Below are positions 13,046 to 25,126 of a stretch of DNA of 64,000 nt, in pieces. A model generated the notes under the pieces. That model ran no database searches. It was given only the letters and a program-made list of their open reading frames with translations, and had not been told where the DNA came from. The position numbers and the translations under genes were made by a program. The stretch comes from Macrostomum lignano. Lineage: Eukaryota. The stretch is taken from positions 124,001 to 188,000 of the forward strand of contig NIVC01001322.1 of assembly GCA_002269645.1 (NCBI GenBank), read 5' to 3'. Position 1 is the first letter of the stretch. The number at the start of each line of letters is the position of its first letter.

Positions 13046-13406
13046 CGGTTCTATAATTTATATTACATTTTGTACTCTATTTGAACGTGAGGCAAGCACG
13101 TCAATATCATGCATTGATTTATTGACACGCTCGCCTACGCGTTATTTTCCTTTCGAAATGTTTCTCTTGCTTATTTGGTCAAAGAAAACTATAAATAAAT
13201 GTAAAAAGAATTCTTATCGGCTGGGCATGCGTGTACACGTGTATCTGAGATATGGTTACACAGAGCGGCATGCTGCAGTCATAGCTGGCGCCCTCCCCAT
13301 TCCAACTGCACTGTGCTTAAAAATCTTAATCGATCTCACTCGCAGTGTCGAGCTTATAATAAACAGTTTTCTACACCCACATGCGCACATAACTCACACA
13401 CAACAG

Positions 13407-14277
13407 CGTCAGCAGCAGCAACTACAGCATCATCAGCAGCCACACCAGCATCCAACCCTGCCGAGTCCAGACTCCCGGCTTGCCAGACTACGCGAAGCTG
13501 TTCTCCAGCGTCGTCAACAATCTGAGCAGCTCCGATTGAAAGCGACGGCAACAACTGGGGCGTCGGCTACGAAAGTCGTCACCGATCGAGAGACTGCAGT
13601 TGGTGCTGAGCGACCGCCGAGTCCGCCAGCCTCCCACTGGCACAGGCATCATCACGCGCCTAGAAACGTCATCATTGCTAGCGCTTGCCGACGCGGCGGC
13701 CAGCTGCCAGCCGAAGCGGCCGCCGCTACAGCGCAGCGATATCGCGAGGCCGCTCGTCTGGCCTACGAAGCGGCCGCTGCTAAAGAGCAGCTGGAGCAAC
13801 AGCAGAAGCAGCAGCAGCAGCAGCAACAACAACAGCAAAACCAACAACAACAGCAACAAGCGGTGTCCCTGACCACCGACGGCATCGAAGACTTAATCCG
13901 ATTAGAAGCGTCAGCAAATCCCGAAGAGAAGCGCCGCTCTCTCGTTGTGGTCCAAGACCCTCCCGGAGCGCCTATTGGTTGGCGAGCGCCGATTGCTCGA
14001 CCAGATGACGAAGAGACTGCAAGCAGTAGCTCGGCCAATGTGTCAGCCGCCGATGCTTCATCAACTGTTGATAATAATATTAATTCTAATAATGACTCAG
14101 AGCCAGCTGCTGCAGTGCAAACCGGTAATGAGACAGACAATGATAAACTCGACGATAAACCGGCAACCACTGTTGATTCCAACTTGTCCGATGACAAAAA
14201 GAAGAAATTGATTAATAAATCTGACCGGTCAGTTGCATTTGATCCGCTGACAGTGCTATTGGACGCTGCTATGGAAG
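13407..14277 (+). CDS. ASPP: ASPP-family protein, coding exon 2 (polyQ/Pro-rich linker, PP1-binding RSVAF motif, start of ankyrin region)
   Basis: Acceptor cacaacag|cgt in phase 0 matches exon 1. Ends RSVAFDPLTVLLDAAMEG, the ASPP RVxF-DPL-LLDA signature, at a phase-1 donor GT (14278). Confidence 0.85.
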
Positions 14278-14394
14278 GTGATTAAACTTGATTAATGAAT
14301 GCTGCATTATGTGTGTTACTCAGTAATGTTGTATTGGTTTATTATGCGGTGTAGTTAATGCTCTGTCTGTCAATGACTGTCTGCGATAGTGAAT

Positions 14395-14700
14395 AACCAT
14401 CCCCGCGATGAGTGAACAGCCATTTCCGTGATGAGTGAACAGTAATTTCCGTGATGAGTGAACAGCCATTTCCGTGATGAGTGAACAGCCATTTCCGTGA
14501 TGAGTGAACGGCCATCCCCATGATGAGTGAAAAGCCATCCCTGTGATGAGTGAAAGTCATCCCCGTGATGAGTGAAAAGCCATCTCCGTGATGAGTGAAC
14601 AGCCATCTCCGTGATGAGTGAAAAGCCATCGCCGTGATGAGTGAACAGCCATCTCCGTGATGAGTGAACAGCCATCTCCGTGATGAGTGAACAGCCATCC
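14395..14700. repeat. 23-bp minisatellite CAGCCATCTCCGTGATGAGTGAA in ASPP intron 2
   Basis: About 13 copies directly visible. Confidence 0.95.
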
Positions 14701-14750
14701 TTGATATATTTATCACAATAACACTGCTATTGCGCTCCACTTGACCTCAG

Positions 14751-15331
14751 GTGACCCCAGTCAGATTCGCGCCTGCGTTTCCGTCGACATATCGGCTAGC
14801 AACGAGGAGGGCATCACGGCGCTGCACAACGCAGTGTGCGCCGGTCATACCGACTGCGTCAAGCTGCTGATTGAACTCGGCGCCGACGTGAACTCCGCTG
14901 ACATCGACGGTTGGACACCGCTGCACTGTTCGGTGTCCTGCAACCACCTGGCCCTCACCCAGCTCCTCGTGAGGTCCGGCGCCGCGATCTACTGCGCCAC
15001 CAGAGCCGATTTCGAAACCCCGCTGGATCTGTGCCACGAAGGCGGCGCTGTCGAACGATTCCTACTCGATGAGGCGGGAAAGCTTGGCAAGGACAATGAA
15101 GGTCGAGTGTACGCCGTGGCCGATTACCAGCCGGAACGGTCGGACGAGCTGGCGTTGAGGCAACTCAGCCAGCTGCTGGTGGTGCGCGGGGCTGAACCAG
15201 ACGAGCCCGACTGGTTCTGGTGCCGCGACGGCAACGCTGAAGGCTACGCGCCCAAGAGTCTGCTGTCGCTGTATCCGCTTGGTGGCGCGGGTGCCAGCTC
15301 CGAGGAGGCTGACCGTGCTTCATCTGCCTAG
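14751..15331 (+). CDS. ASPP: ASPP-family protein, coding exon 3 (ankyrin repeats plus SH3)
   Basis: Acceptor gacctcag|gt in phase 1. NEEGITALHNAVCAGH and DGWTPLHC ankyrin repeats, then SH3 YAVADYQPERSDELAL...WFW...EGYAP. Spliced CDS 402+871+581=1854 nt (617 aa plus stop). Confidence 0.93.
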
Positions 15332-15519
15332 TCTGAGATTCCCGGCCCGCCCCTTCCTCTGTTTTTTTTATTGATTATTCTGTCTGCCGCTGTTTGCTTG
15401 TTGATTTTTTGCTTCTGTGTGTGCGCTCTGTGGCTGCTTGCCATTTCTTTTTTATCTTATTTCCTCTTCTGAGCATTTTATGCTCAGCTAAATTCCCTCC
15501 TAGATTCGCTGAATTCCCT

Positions 15520-15990
15520 TATCTGTATGCCAACCCCCCTACTCAATCTGCTCTCTTGCTTGGCTCTGCTGCAGGGGGGGGGGATAAATACAGAACCGCT
15601 AACCACTGGCGACCACGGGCAGCTGGTGCTGCGGTGTCGCGCAGGCAGATCCTGTGGTGCCGGTGTCCGCAGCGCGGTCCCCCTCCGGAGAATCCAGGAG
15701 GTGGATGGTCGCTCGCTCGGTAGTCCTCAGGTAGTCGACGAGCTGGCAGAGATTCTCGGGGCCTGAAAACTTTGGAGAGGTCCGGGTTTGGGCCGAGGTA
15801 GCTGAGCCTGTCCTGAGTGAAGGCGGGGCACTCACAGATGTTCTGCATTCTCAACACCGGAGAGGCAGAATGGGCATTCCTCCCTACAGATTTTTCCCTG
15901 GAGGTGGCGATGCCTGGCAAAACAGCCATGACCCGAGAGGGCCATGGTCACCGCCCTGGTGTCCCTGCGGTTGAGTCCGCGTGCGGTTGA
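15520..15990 (-). mobile_element. 5'-truncated non-LTR retrotransposon 3' end (R1/LOA/I-like CCHC zinc knuckle), frameshifted
   Basis: Manual - strand translation gives TRAVTMALSGHGCFARHRHLQGKICREECPFCLSGVENAEH(fs)ICECPAFTQDRLSYLG. This is the GH-x-F...CxxC...E-x-x-EH...CP C-terminus typical of these LINE clades. Clade and boundaries are approximate. Confidence 0.7.
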
Positions 15991-16631
15991 GTTATATTCC
16001 ACCCGTTAATTTATAGTCAGTTTTGTTACTATAGCATACTGTACGGCTGTCACTTGAATTTTATCATAATGATTTTTATAAACTACTATTCTTAGCTTTT
16101 GTATATATATATAAATATTACTGCTGTATTTAGATTGCAGTTTTATATCGTCATAAAATATGGGTGCAATTTTTTTCTGTACGATAACCGCGTGCCTCTT
16201 AAATATGTGTCCGCTCTCTGTCATTAGTACATGCTATATAGCTGCTTGCATTTTGTTATTAGTGTTTTGCTTCTGTCTGTCATGCTCCTTTATCAGTATT
16301 TTGCATCTTCCTCAGCGATGTAGTTCTGGCTGGGCTAATTCTGTTGCACCTGTAAATTGCCAATTAAAAAAATTACTCACAGTAGTATGATAAGTCTCGC
16401 TTCTAAATAGTTTCCTGTTTTGTTTCGCTGTTAAATTGTGTGAGTAGTTTACCGAGGTGAAGTTTTTTGATAATAAACTCTTTTCATTTATGAGAATTTC
16501 TGTCTGAAACCGCAGCTTTGTGCCACTGATAGTCTAAGCAATCAATTGTTTGTCCTATTTTATTTATTTAAATGTTTTTCCTGTTCTGTGTGAACCTGTT
16601 GCTTAATTGGTATGTTCATCTGTTAGTTAAG

Positions 16632-17716
16632 TGTGTTCAGATGTCAGATATGCTGTTCGGTGTGTTCAGATGTTAGAAATGGTGTTGGGTGTGTTCAGAT
16701 GTTAGATATGGTGTTGGGTGTGTTCAGATGTCAGATATGGTGTTGGGTGTGTTCAGATGTTAGATATGGTGTTGGGTGTGTTCAGATGTTAGATATGGTG
16801 TTGGGTGTGTTCAGATGTTAGATATGGTGTTGGGTGTGTTCAGATGTTAGATATGGTGTTGGGTGTGTTCAGATGTTAGATATGGTGTTGGGTGTGTTCA
16901 GATGTCAGATATGGTGTTGGGTGTGTCCAGATGTTAGATATGGTGTTGGGTGTGTTCAGATGTTAGATATGCAGATGTTAGATATGGTGTTGGGTGTTTT
17001 CAGATGTTAGATATGCAAATGTTAGATATGGTGTTGGGTGTGTTCAGATGTTAGATATGCAGATGTTAGATATGGTATTGGGTGTGTTCAGATGTTAGAT
17101 ATGGTGTTTGGTGTTTTCAGATGCTAGATATGGTGTTGGGTGTGTTCAGATGTTAGATATGGTGTTGGGTGTGTTCAGATGTTAGATATGGTGTTGGGTG
17201 TGTTCAGATGTCAGATATGGTGTTGGGTGTGTCCAGATGTTAGATATGGTATTGGGTGTGTTCAGATGTTAGATATGGTGTTTGGTGTTTTCAGATGCTA
17301 GATATGGTGTTGGGTGTGTTCAGATGTTAGATATGGTGTTGGGTGTGTTCAGATGTTAGATATGGTGTTGGGTGTGTTCAGATGTCAGATATGGTGTTGG
17401 GTGTGTTCAGATGTCAGATATGGTATTGGGTGTGTCCAGATGTTAGATATGGTGTTGGGTGTGTTCAGATGTTAGATATGCAGATGTTAGATATGGTGTT
17501 GGGTGTTTTCAGATGTTAGATATGCAGATGTTAGATATGGTGTTGGGTGTTTTCAGATGTTAGATGTGGTGTTTGGTGTTTTCAGATGCTAGATTTGGTG
17601 TTGGGTGTGTTCAGATGTTAGATATGGTGTTGGGTGTGTTCAGATGTTAGATATGGTGTTGGGTGTGTCCAGATGTTAGATATGGTGTTGGGTGTGTCCA
17701 GATGTTAGATATGGTC
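16632..17716. repeat. 29-bp minisatellite GGTGTTGGGTGTGTTCAGATGTTAGATAT (left part)
   Basis: About 37 copies; the array ends abruptly at the BEL LTR (atatggtc|tgttaaag). Confidence 0.97.
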
Positions 17717-18000
17717 TGTTAAAGCGGATGACTGGTCAGAACAAAAGAATAAGGAAAAAAGTCGGATTCTTAAAAGTATTTTTCTTGCCTTCAGCACTTC
17801 TGCGGTCTCGCGCAGACACACAAAACAACTTACCAAACTTACCAGAAAATCGCGCCTTTTAATTATTATTTAACGTGGGGTGGGGTTAACAAAGAGGGGG
17901 CTTAGCTCATGTGCCTTAAATACATTTTAAAATAAAGATTACTGTTACTGTTAAGTCAGTAAAACCCCAAAAGTATAACAAAAACTGAACCTCCAGAACA
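17717..18000 (-). repeat. BEL/Pao 3' LTR (284 bp)
   Basis: TG...CA termini; homologous to 37341-37625; preceded on the - strand by the purine tract AGGAAAGAGAGAA (18001-18013). Confidence 0.9.
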
Positions 18001-18274
18001 TTCTCTCTTTCCTGATTGGGGCCAATCAGCAAAAAAGCAGGAAAAAAAGCCTCCCCGAAACTTACGTACAATTAATAAAAAGGTGCAACTGTAAAATTGA
18101 AACGGTTGCAAGCATATTTTGGAAAAAAACAGTAAACTCCTGTAAACAAAAAATAAATAGCGCGAAAGCAGAAAGTAACAATACGAATGCATGCAATGCG
18201 AAGTGTCGATTGGGCTAAAAAATAGGAAAATATACGAGAATAGTCCATTTTAACAATAAGTCAACAGCCACTGT

Positions 18275-19920
18275 TCACCTCGCTGCAGCAGGCACAACTT
18301 CGTCACGAGCCGTTACGTCCAGGAAATACCTCGAGAACTCGCCCGAGCGGCCAGTGTCCTCGAGGCGCATCCGCTTGTAGCGCCAAGACGATGTCGCCGA
18401 CGGCGAGATCCGGCTGCTCCTTGACCCAGTCGGATCTGGCGTTGAGTTTAGGCACCCACTCTCGCAGCCATCGGTGCCAGAAGTGCCGCACCAGCTCTTG
18501 GACGCGCCGCCACCGCCGGCGCGGTTCGTGGCGGGCCTCGGTCGAGACTTCCATAGCAAAGTCACCACCCAGCTAGCCATGCAAGAAATTGTTTGGCGTC
18601 AACGGCGTGTCGTCCTGTGTGGGCTTGCGGTTTGGTACGTCAACGGCCTGGAATTGATGAGCGCTTCCGCACCTGTGAAGGCGGAATGCAGCTCTTTGTC
18701 GGTGATGTCAGCGTTGCTGAGGATGGCGCGCACAGCTCGCCTAGCGGCGCGAACCATAACTTCATGGGCGCCGCCGAAATGGGGCGCCGACGGAGGCTGG
18801 AAGTGCCACTTGATGCCGCGCTCAGCGGGCCGCTCTCTGGATTTTGTTCTGCTGCTCGTTTTCGAATTCTCGTAGTTCTCGCTCGCCTTTGACAAAGTCG
18901 CCGCCGTTGTCCGAGTAAACTTCGAGTGGCCGGCCTCTACGGGGCCGGTTGATCATGCGCGCGAAAGCATTCAGAAACGAGTCGGAATCCAAGCTGTATG
19001 CCATTTCAAGGTGCACGGCTCTCGTCTCCAAACAGGTAAACAAAGCAAAATACCACTTCGTTCGCCGTCTTCCGCGCCTTTTTTCCGTTTCAAACGGACT
19101 ACTGAAGTCGACTGCCACAAAGCTGAACGCTCGGAGCGAGTTCTTCAGCCTGGCCTCTGGTAGTGGCGCCATCTGCTGCATCTCCGGTCCTGCTTTCTGC
19201 CTTCTGCACCGCGCGCACTCCCTCTTCCATTCTCGAATGGCTTCGCGCCCACCGATCATCCAAAACTTCGTCGACATCCCTGCCAGAGTTTTTTCCGCCA
19301 TGTCCTTGATCTCTTCGTGATAGTGCTTCAATAACAACTTCATGACCCAAGTTCGCCTCGGCAGAATGACCGCGGATGCTTGGACTGATATGACAGATTC
19401 TGGTCGAACTTCAGTCTTCCGTCCACTCGCAGCAGTCCTTCCTTATCAAGAAATGGTTGGAGACAGCGGAGCTGACTGCTAGAGGAGACCGGCCTTCCAT
19501 TACGCACCTGCTGAACTTCTGCTTTGAAAGCTTCTTCCTGAGCCACACGTAGGATTCGATCCTCAGCTTCTTGCAGCTCCTCGACCCAAGGACCACTAGT
19601 CCTAGCAGTCATTGCCTCAAGCTCGTCGGTAGTCGGCAGTTACTAATGAACCGCTGAACCCAAGCAGTCACGCTACGTAGCCTTCGGTAGCTCCAAAATC
19701 GCTCTGAATTCAAACGCCAGTCGTAGTCTTGACTGTGGTATCGTTCGAAAATAGAGTTACGGCCGCCGATTTTCTACTCTTGCTCGCCTCTCGCCGAACT
19801 TCTTGAACTCCGTCAACCGATTTCGGAACTAGCCTTGCCGGCCAGCCATTCTCATCTAGCAGCGGAAACTCTGGTCCCGCGCTCCAGACTGCTGATTGGC
19901 AAAGGTCTTTGGCACCGTCA
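18275..19920 (-). pseudogene. pol: BEL/Pao pol 3' part: end of RNase H plus integrase and DUF5641-like tail, multiply frameshifted
   Basis: WSAGPEFPLLDENGWP, RFWSYRRLRSVTAWVQRF, LDKEGLLRVDGRL, HYHEEI...[64 protein letters not shown] are BEL-specific motifs. Confidence 0.92.
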
Positions 19921-20630
19921 GCAGCAGCACCTCCTGCACCGGTAGCGGGCAGCAGGAGTCGGCACGGATAATGTGGCCTGCCAGCTGAAGACGCCGATGG
20001 CGCAACAGTTCGCGGAGACGGGACAGGCCCGTGCGGCAATAAAATTCCGCATTGGGGACGTGCTCGCAGCTGAACTTGAAGGCGGCGCGCAGCAGGCCAG
20101 CGTGCGCCGCATCGATCTGCTGTTCGAGCAATTCCGTCAGCGTCCAGGTCTCCACGTTGTATAACAGGACGGTTTCGATCACCGCTTGGAACAGCGCCGC
20201 CTTCTGGCGGTCAGGCACGGCAGTCAAACTGCTGCAGAGTTGCCTATAAAAGTGTCGCACATTCCACCGCCTTTGCTTGCAACCCACAAAAGTTGCGAGC
20301 GTGCAGGGTTGGCTTGCGGAAGCGTTTGTTGGCTGACACCATGTCCTGCCTCTCCAGGAAGTCCTTCAGCGCTCCGGTATTGCCATTCTTGCCCGGTGTC
20401 ACCAATAGCGATCGACCGCTCAGGTCGATGCAAAGCAGCGTACAGTTTTCCCAGGGCGACCACTGTGTCACGCTGCGCCGTTGCCTCTACCTGCGCCGAG
20501 AGCTGCACGAAGAAGACTTTGAGCCTCCTCCGGTCGGGTGGCAGGAGGCGCGTACACGCAGAACAAGCGCGAAGCCAGACGTCGACCAGCTGGGGGAACT
20601 GAAGCAACGCATAGTTTTGAGGTAGTAACG
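19920..20630 (-). mobile_element. RTE-like LINE remnant: endonuclease fragment joined directly to the post-RT C-terminus
   Basis: Endonuclease-like VFFVQLSAQVEATAQRDTVVALG and LKDFLERQDMVSANKRFRKP. C-terminal KAALFQAVIETVLLYNVETWTLT...RHRRLQLAGHIIR. Confidence 0.75.
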
Positions 20631-21235
20631 TGAAGTGGGGCTGCTCGACCGTACAGAAGATAGAAACAAGGACTACTAGTCTACATATATTCGTGTGGTC
20701 CTTGGATAGATGTTGACTTGGATCATCTAAAACTCATAACCCTTAGATTCGGTTAGTTCGATTTAGATTGGAATTTAACGGGCCACATGCAGTTCCGAGC
20801 ACAAACTATCAGCTGAGTGAGGGCTCCTAAGCCCTATTTCAGGAGATCGTACTGTAGAGTTTTTCAACTTTCACGCTCACTAAAGCATTTTTTCTCCTTT
20901 TTCCCCTCCTCTTCAGGGACCCATCGCTGCCATTGGTTTTTTAGCCCAATTATAGTATGGGGTATTACTCTTCTAAAATTAGCATTTGATTAATTGCTAT
21001 TCGTATCAGATTATGCATATTGTTTTGTGGTTAATAAAATATGTACTAGCAGCAGCAGCAAGTGCACTAACTTGTAGTAAGCCAGTGGACAGTTGACCGG
21101 AGTTGGTGTGGGTCTGAGTGGGGGAGCATGTTGGGACCAGACTGACCGAATCAACTTGCCGAGAGAGAGGAAGGGCAGGATCCTGCCTAGACTTAGTATG
21201 GATCTTTGTTCATCCACTCGTGGCGTGAGTCAGAC

Positions 21236-21356
<121 letters not shown>

Positions 21357-22160
21357 TTAAGGTGATCTTGCAGGTGGCATGTAACTTTATTTGTTGAATG
21401 GGCTGCTGAGGATTCAAGGGACGGGACCAGGGTGAGGATTCTGTGGAGTGCATGACATCTTAATTGGGGCCTGACCGCTGTTACATTATCAATACTTTAG
21501 CTGCATGCTTGAAGAGGAAAGAGGAATTGACCGCGGCTTTCCGGGCCAAGTATCCAGGTGCAGGAGGTACTTCCAATTCGACAAAGCTCCGAGTGCTCGT
21601 CTGTCATCGGCTGAGAGTCGTCTGCAGCGTCAGGAAGAGCACCTCTCGTGCACTGGCTGTGAGCAGTACGACACGGAGCTGACATATTGGCCCTCCAACT
21701 GAATCAAGCTTGAGCCTAGCTTGAGAAAAAACCAATATCCCTCAGGATACAAATTATACAATGATGTATGAAAAACAATGGCTTTATTATAGAAACCCGA
21801 AGGTCTTTTATGTAAGATGTGAATAGTAGAATTATCATTTGATATTCGTCATTTAATTTTCGAAACGGAGGTTACAGTTATAAAGTTGGCCAGCTAAAAA
21901 ATAAGTTGAAAGTTTATTACTGAAGCTTATTACTGAAGTTTTGAAGCAAAAATATAGGAAAATTCCTAATAAAAAATTTGTCGTTAAAAAAACGAAAAGT
22001 TTAGAAAAACTGAAATTTGTAAATTTGAATGGAATTTGAATGGCAATTTGCTTTTACATTGCAATAGACTTCGACTACGAGCGTAAAGGCTTTGGAAAAG
22101 TCAAAACAGAATTTAATTACTAGAAAAATTATGACTTTTGAATGTTTGAAATAGATTTCT

Positions 22161-22235
22161 ACGTGGCACTATTGACGTGGAACTATGCCACGTGGCAAAA
22201 TATTTTCAGGAATTCAGGTTCACTTTTCTATAAAA
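22161..22235 (+). promoter_or_regulatory. Putative WSC gene 1 promoter: ACGT-core bZIP-type sites plus TATA box
   Basis: ACGTGGCA (22161), TGACGTGG (22173), the palindrome TGCCACGTGGCA (22186-22197) and TATAAAA (22229), about 80 bp upstream of the ATG. Homologous segments precede genes 2 and 3. Confidence 0.55.
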
Positions 22236-22312
22236 GAATGAAACCTACGGGACTGCCGAATCAAGTTTCGACTGTATAAAGTCTAATAAAAGTATCCCAA
22301 GCAAAAAACAAA

Positions 22313-23952
22313 ATGTATCTGACTCTCGCTATGATTCTTCTCGTTGCTGCTCCGGGCCTCCTCGCGGCCGGTGGTGAGAGACTCTGTATTGATTTGGGTT
22401 TTTATAATTTGTACGTACATGTGGCTATTCTATTTTTAAATAATGCTAAGTTTGCGCCCTAAATTTCAGCCGAATTCAGTAAGTACTGAATAAGCCAAAG
22501 CAGGCCTGAGATCTTTTTTTTACCTCAAGGGGCAGATAGATAGCCTATAGAGCATTACTGCTGGCTGGGGGAGGGGAGAGGGGAGCGAGAATGGAGAAGA
22601 GAGAATGGAGATGGGAAAAGAGAAGCGAGTGAATAAATGAGAAGAAAGGAGACGAGAGGTGAGGAGTGATGAATAAAAGAAGAGAGAAGAGAGGAGAGGC
22701 GAGGAGATGAAAGGAAGAGAAAGGAGATTAGAGAGAAGAGTATAAACATTGGCGGGTCGGATTGCTATTGTGAAGTTTTAAAGGGCCCGAGGGCCATACA
22801 GAGAGGCTTTGCACGTGGCCTGTAAACTTTATGTAATGAGAATCTACGTTTTTCAAAAGTAATAAATTTCCACCTTAATTTCAGATCGAATCGGTAAGTT
22901 CCTAGCCAATTAATGGCACATAAATACTCGTAGATCAGTTAAATAGGCCCCAATGTATTATAGCTATCTCTACATAGCAGCTTGTGTGGAAGGGGGTGTT
23001 TACAGATCAAAGTGTAGAACCCTTTTGGTCTGCCCGACGTCCAACTTTTTGCCTTTTCATTTACTCTTTCTTTATGCTCATCTTTATGCTTAAGCTTGGA
23101 AATCACTGGTTATCAAGTACCCCCAATCACTATTCAATCAATTTTCAAGCTCCAACAACGTCTACTGTCTGGGTCTCATTCCACTTTTTGCTGGCTAAGG
23201 CAGATCTTAGTAAGTGTAGTTTGTAACTGAGTTTATGAACATAGTTGAGTAAATACGTCTCTAATCTATCAAACCATTTCAGAACACTATGCCGGTTGCT
23301 TTGTGCATAAGACAGGTGAATCCGATGCTCTTAAATTTTTTAGTCAAGAATCCACTAGAATGGCTCCTTACCTCTGTTTGCCCAGTTGTCAAGTTTTGGG
23401 AACAAGGTTTTTTGGAATAACCCAAAATAAATGCTATTGTGGAAACAATCTCTTAACTCCGAAAATTATATCGAGAAGATGCAATCAAAGATGTAGTGTA
23501 AAAGAAGAGACAAGATGTGGTGGTTTGAACGCTATGAGCGTCTACAATGTGACAGGCATTACCATTCCATTGGTGCCAGGTAAGTGAAACAGTTTTTAAC
23601 TACATGTCATTTAGTAAGTGTCAAGTTAGCCTAAATTTTTTTTCACGCTCATGTTTCGCCATTTCAGCGCCGTCAAAGGGATGCTTTTTGTGGGACCCCA
23701 ATGAACTGGTGCTAGAGTTTGAAATCAAAGAAAATTTCCCAGTCATGAACCAGGAAAATTGTGCCAGAAGCTGCCTTAAAAAAAGCACAAAGTTATTTGG
23801 TCTAGCAAACAGCAACCGATGCTACTGTGGTAATAAGATAGTTAGTGGGAGCATTGACTCCAAATTATTGTAGCCAGCAATGTCAAAATGCCCAATACGG
23901 ACTAAAATGTGGAGGATCAATGGGAATTGAGATATTCGATTTAGATTTATAA
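22313..23952 (+). pseudogene. Secreted double-WSC-domain gene copy 1; frameshift in the second WSC domain
   Basis: Model join(22313-22373, 22470-22478, 22885-22893, 23283-23579, 23668-23952), all phase-1 GT-AG. Signal peptide MYLTLAMILLVAAPGLLAAG. WSC motif GCF...C..SC...FG...CYCGN...C...C...CGG...VY. The last exon is 2 bp short versus copy 2, giving TAG at 23871 before the last three Cys. Confidence 0.8.
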
Positions 23953-24120
23953 AGGTAGAGTTAGCTCGTAATTGGGTTTTTAGATTTTTTGTCGCAAAAA
24001 CGCATATTATTCTACTTTCATAAAAAAGTAAGTAGTCTGCACAGTTTTAGGTTTAACATTGAAATAAGACCATATATAATAGTGGAAATAAAAAATGCCA
24101 CTGTTATCCAACAAACTGCT

Positions 24121-25126
24121 CTAATACTTTGTAGCATGTCCTTTTGAGTTAATCACAGCATTGAAACCGCCTAGGCATGCTGTCCACCAGCTTCTGGCAC
24201 ACTTGTGCCGGGATGGCAGCCCACGAGTCCTCAATGAAACGGTCAGCTGATCAAGGGAAGCTGGCTGCTGCCTCTGTAGGTCCCGCTCCACCCAGTTCCA
24301 CAGATTCTCAGTCGGATTGAGGTCTGGTGACTGCGCTGGCCAGTCCACGGTGCAGCTGTTGTTCTCAGCAAGCCATGCCTTCACAACCTTGGAGGTGTGC
24401 TTTGGATCGTTGTCCTGCTGAAACTGTCCAACTGCCAGTTGTTCACTGCACCCATTGGCAGCGCATCTGCTGCCTTTGGTGGGTGGCTGCTGAGGATGTC
24501 ACGGTACTTCTGACTGTCCATCATGCCCTCAATGCGAGTTATTGGCCCAGGTCCAGCTCTGGAGAATGCAGCCCACACCATGCCATTCCCACCTCCATGG
24601 TTCATAGTACCAATTTGGTGCACCTGGGATCAAATTACTCAACAGCTCGGCGGCGCACACAACGGTGGCCATCAGAATCAGTGCGGGAAAATTTGCTCTC
24701 GTAACTCCAGATGTCCTTGGCCCAGTCCCGGGGTGTCCAGCCTGTATGCTGCTTCGCCCAGTTCCAGCGCCGCTTCCGGTTTTCGTCGTCGGCAGTCTAG
24801 CAGCTACCAGCGGCGGACAGTCAGGGGGTGCAGCTGGACACCACTGGACACCTGAAGTTCACGGCTGATGTCCACAGCGATGAGCCGACGGTTGGACTCG
24901 GACATTCGCACAATTCGTCGATCCAGTCGGTGGTCAGTTTTCGGTGCCCTGCCACGTCTTGAGGCATAGCCTGTGCTGCTGCAGTGCTGCTGAGGCGCCT
25001 GAGTGCTACTGGACGCATGTTTTCCACTTTCCCAACTGCGTGGCTAGGCACGCTGGGAAACTCCTTGGTCGAACAGGGCCCTGATTTTCCTACACGACTC
25101 AGGCGATAGAGCTCTGTTTTTCCCCA
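24121..25126 (-). mobile_element. Degenerate Tc1-family transposase
   Basis: Manual translation gives MGKTE...KTDHRLDRRIVRMSESNRR...TVRR, RKRRWNWAKQHTGWT..DWAKDIWSYESKF, HGGGNGMVWAAF and WPAQSPDLNPTENLW, with several frameshifts. TIRs were not identified. Confidence 0.88.

Noticed and set aside
13122-13406. N-terminal extension of the 387-aa ORF
   Set aside because: AT-rich, intron-like and starts at TTG; the acceptor at 13406 joins exon 1 in frame.
21464-21702. Possible Harbinger/ISL2EU transposase scrap (IDRGFPG)
   Set aside because: Only one short motif; not enough to assign.
22555-22749. Hydrophobic 64-aa ORF
   Set aside because: Reverse translation of a GA-rich low-complexity tract within a WSC1 intron.
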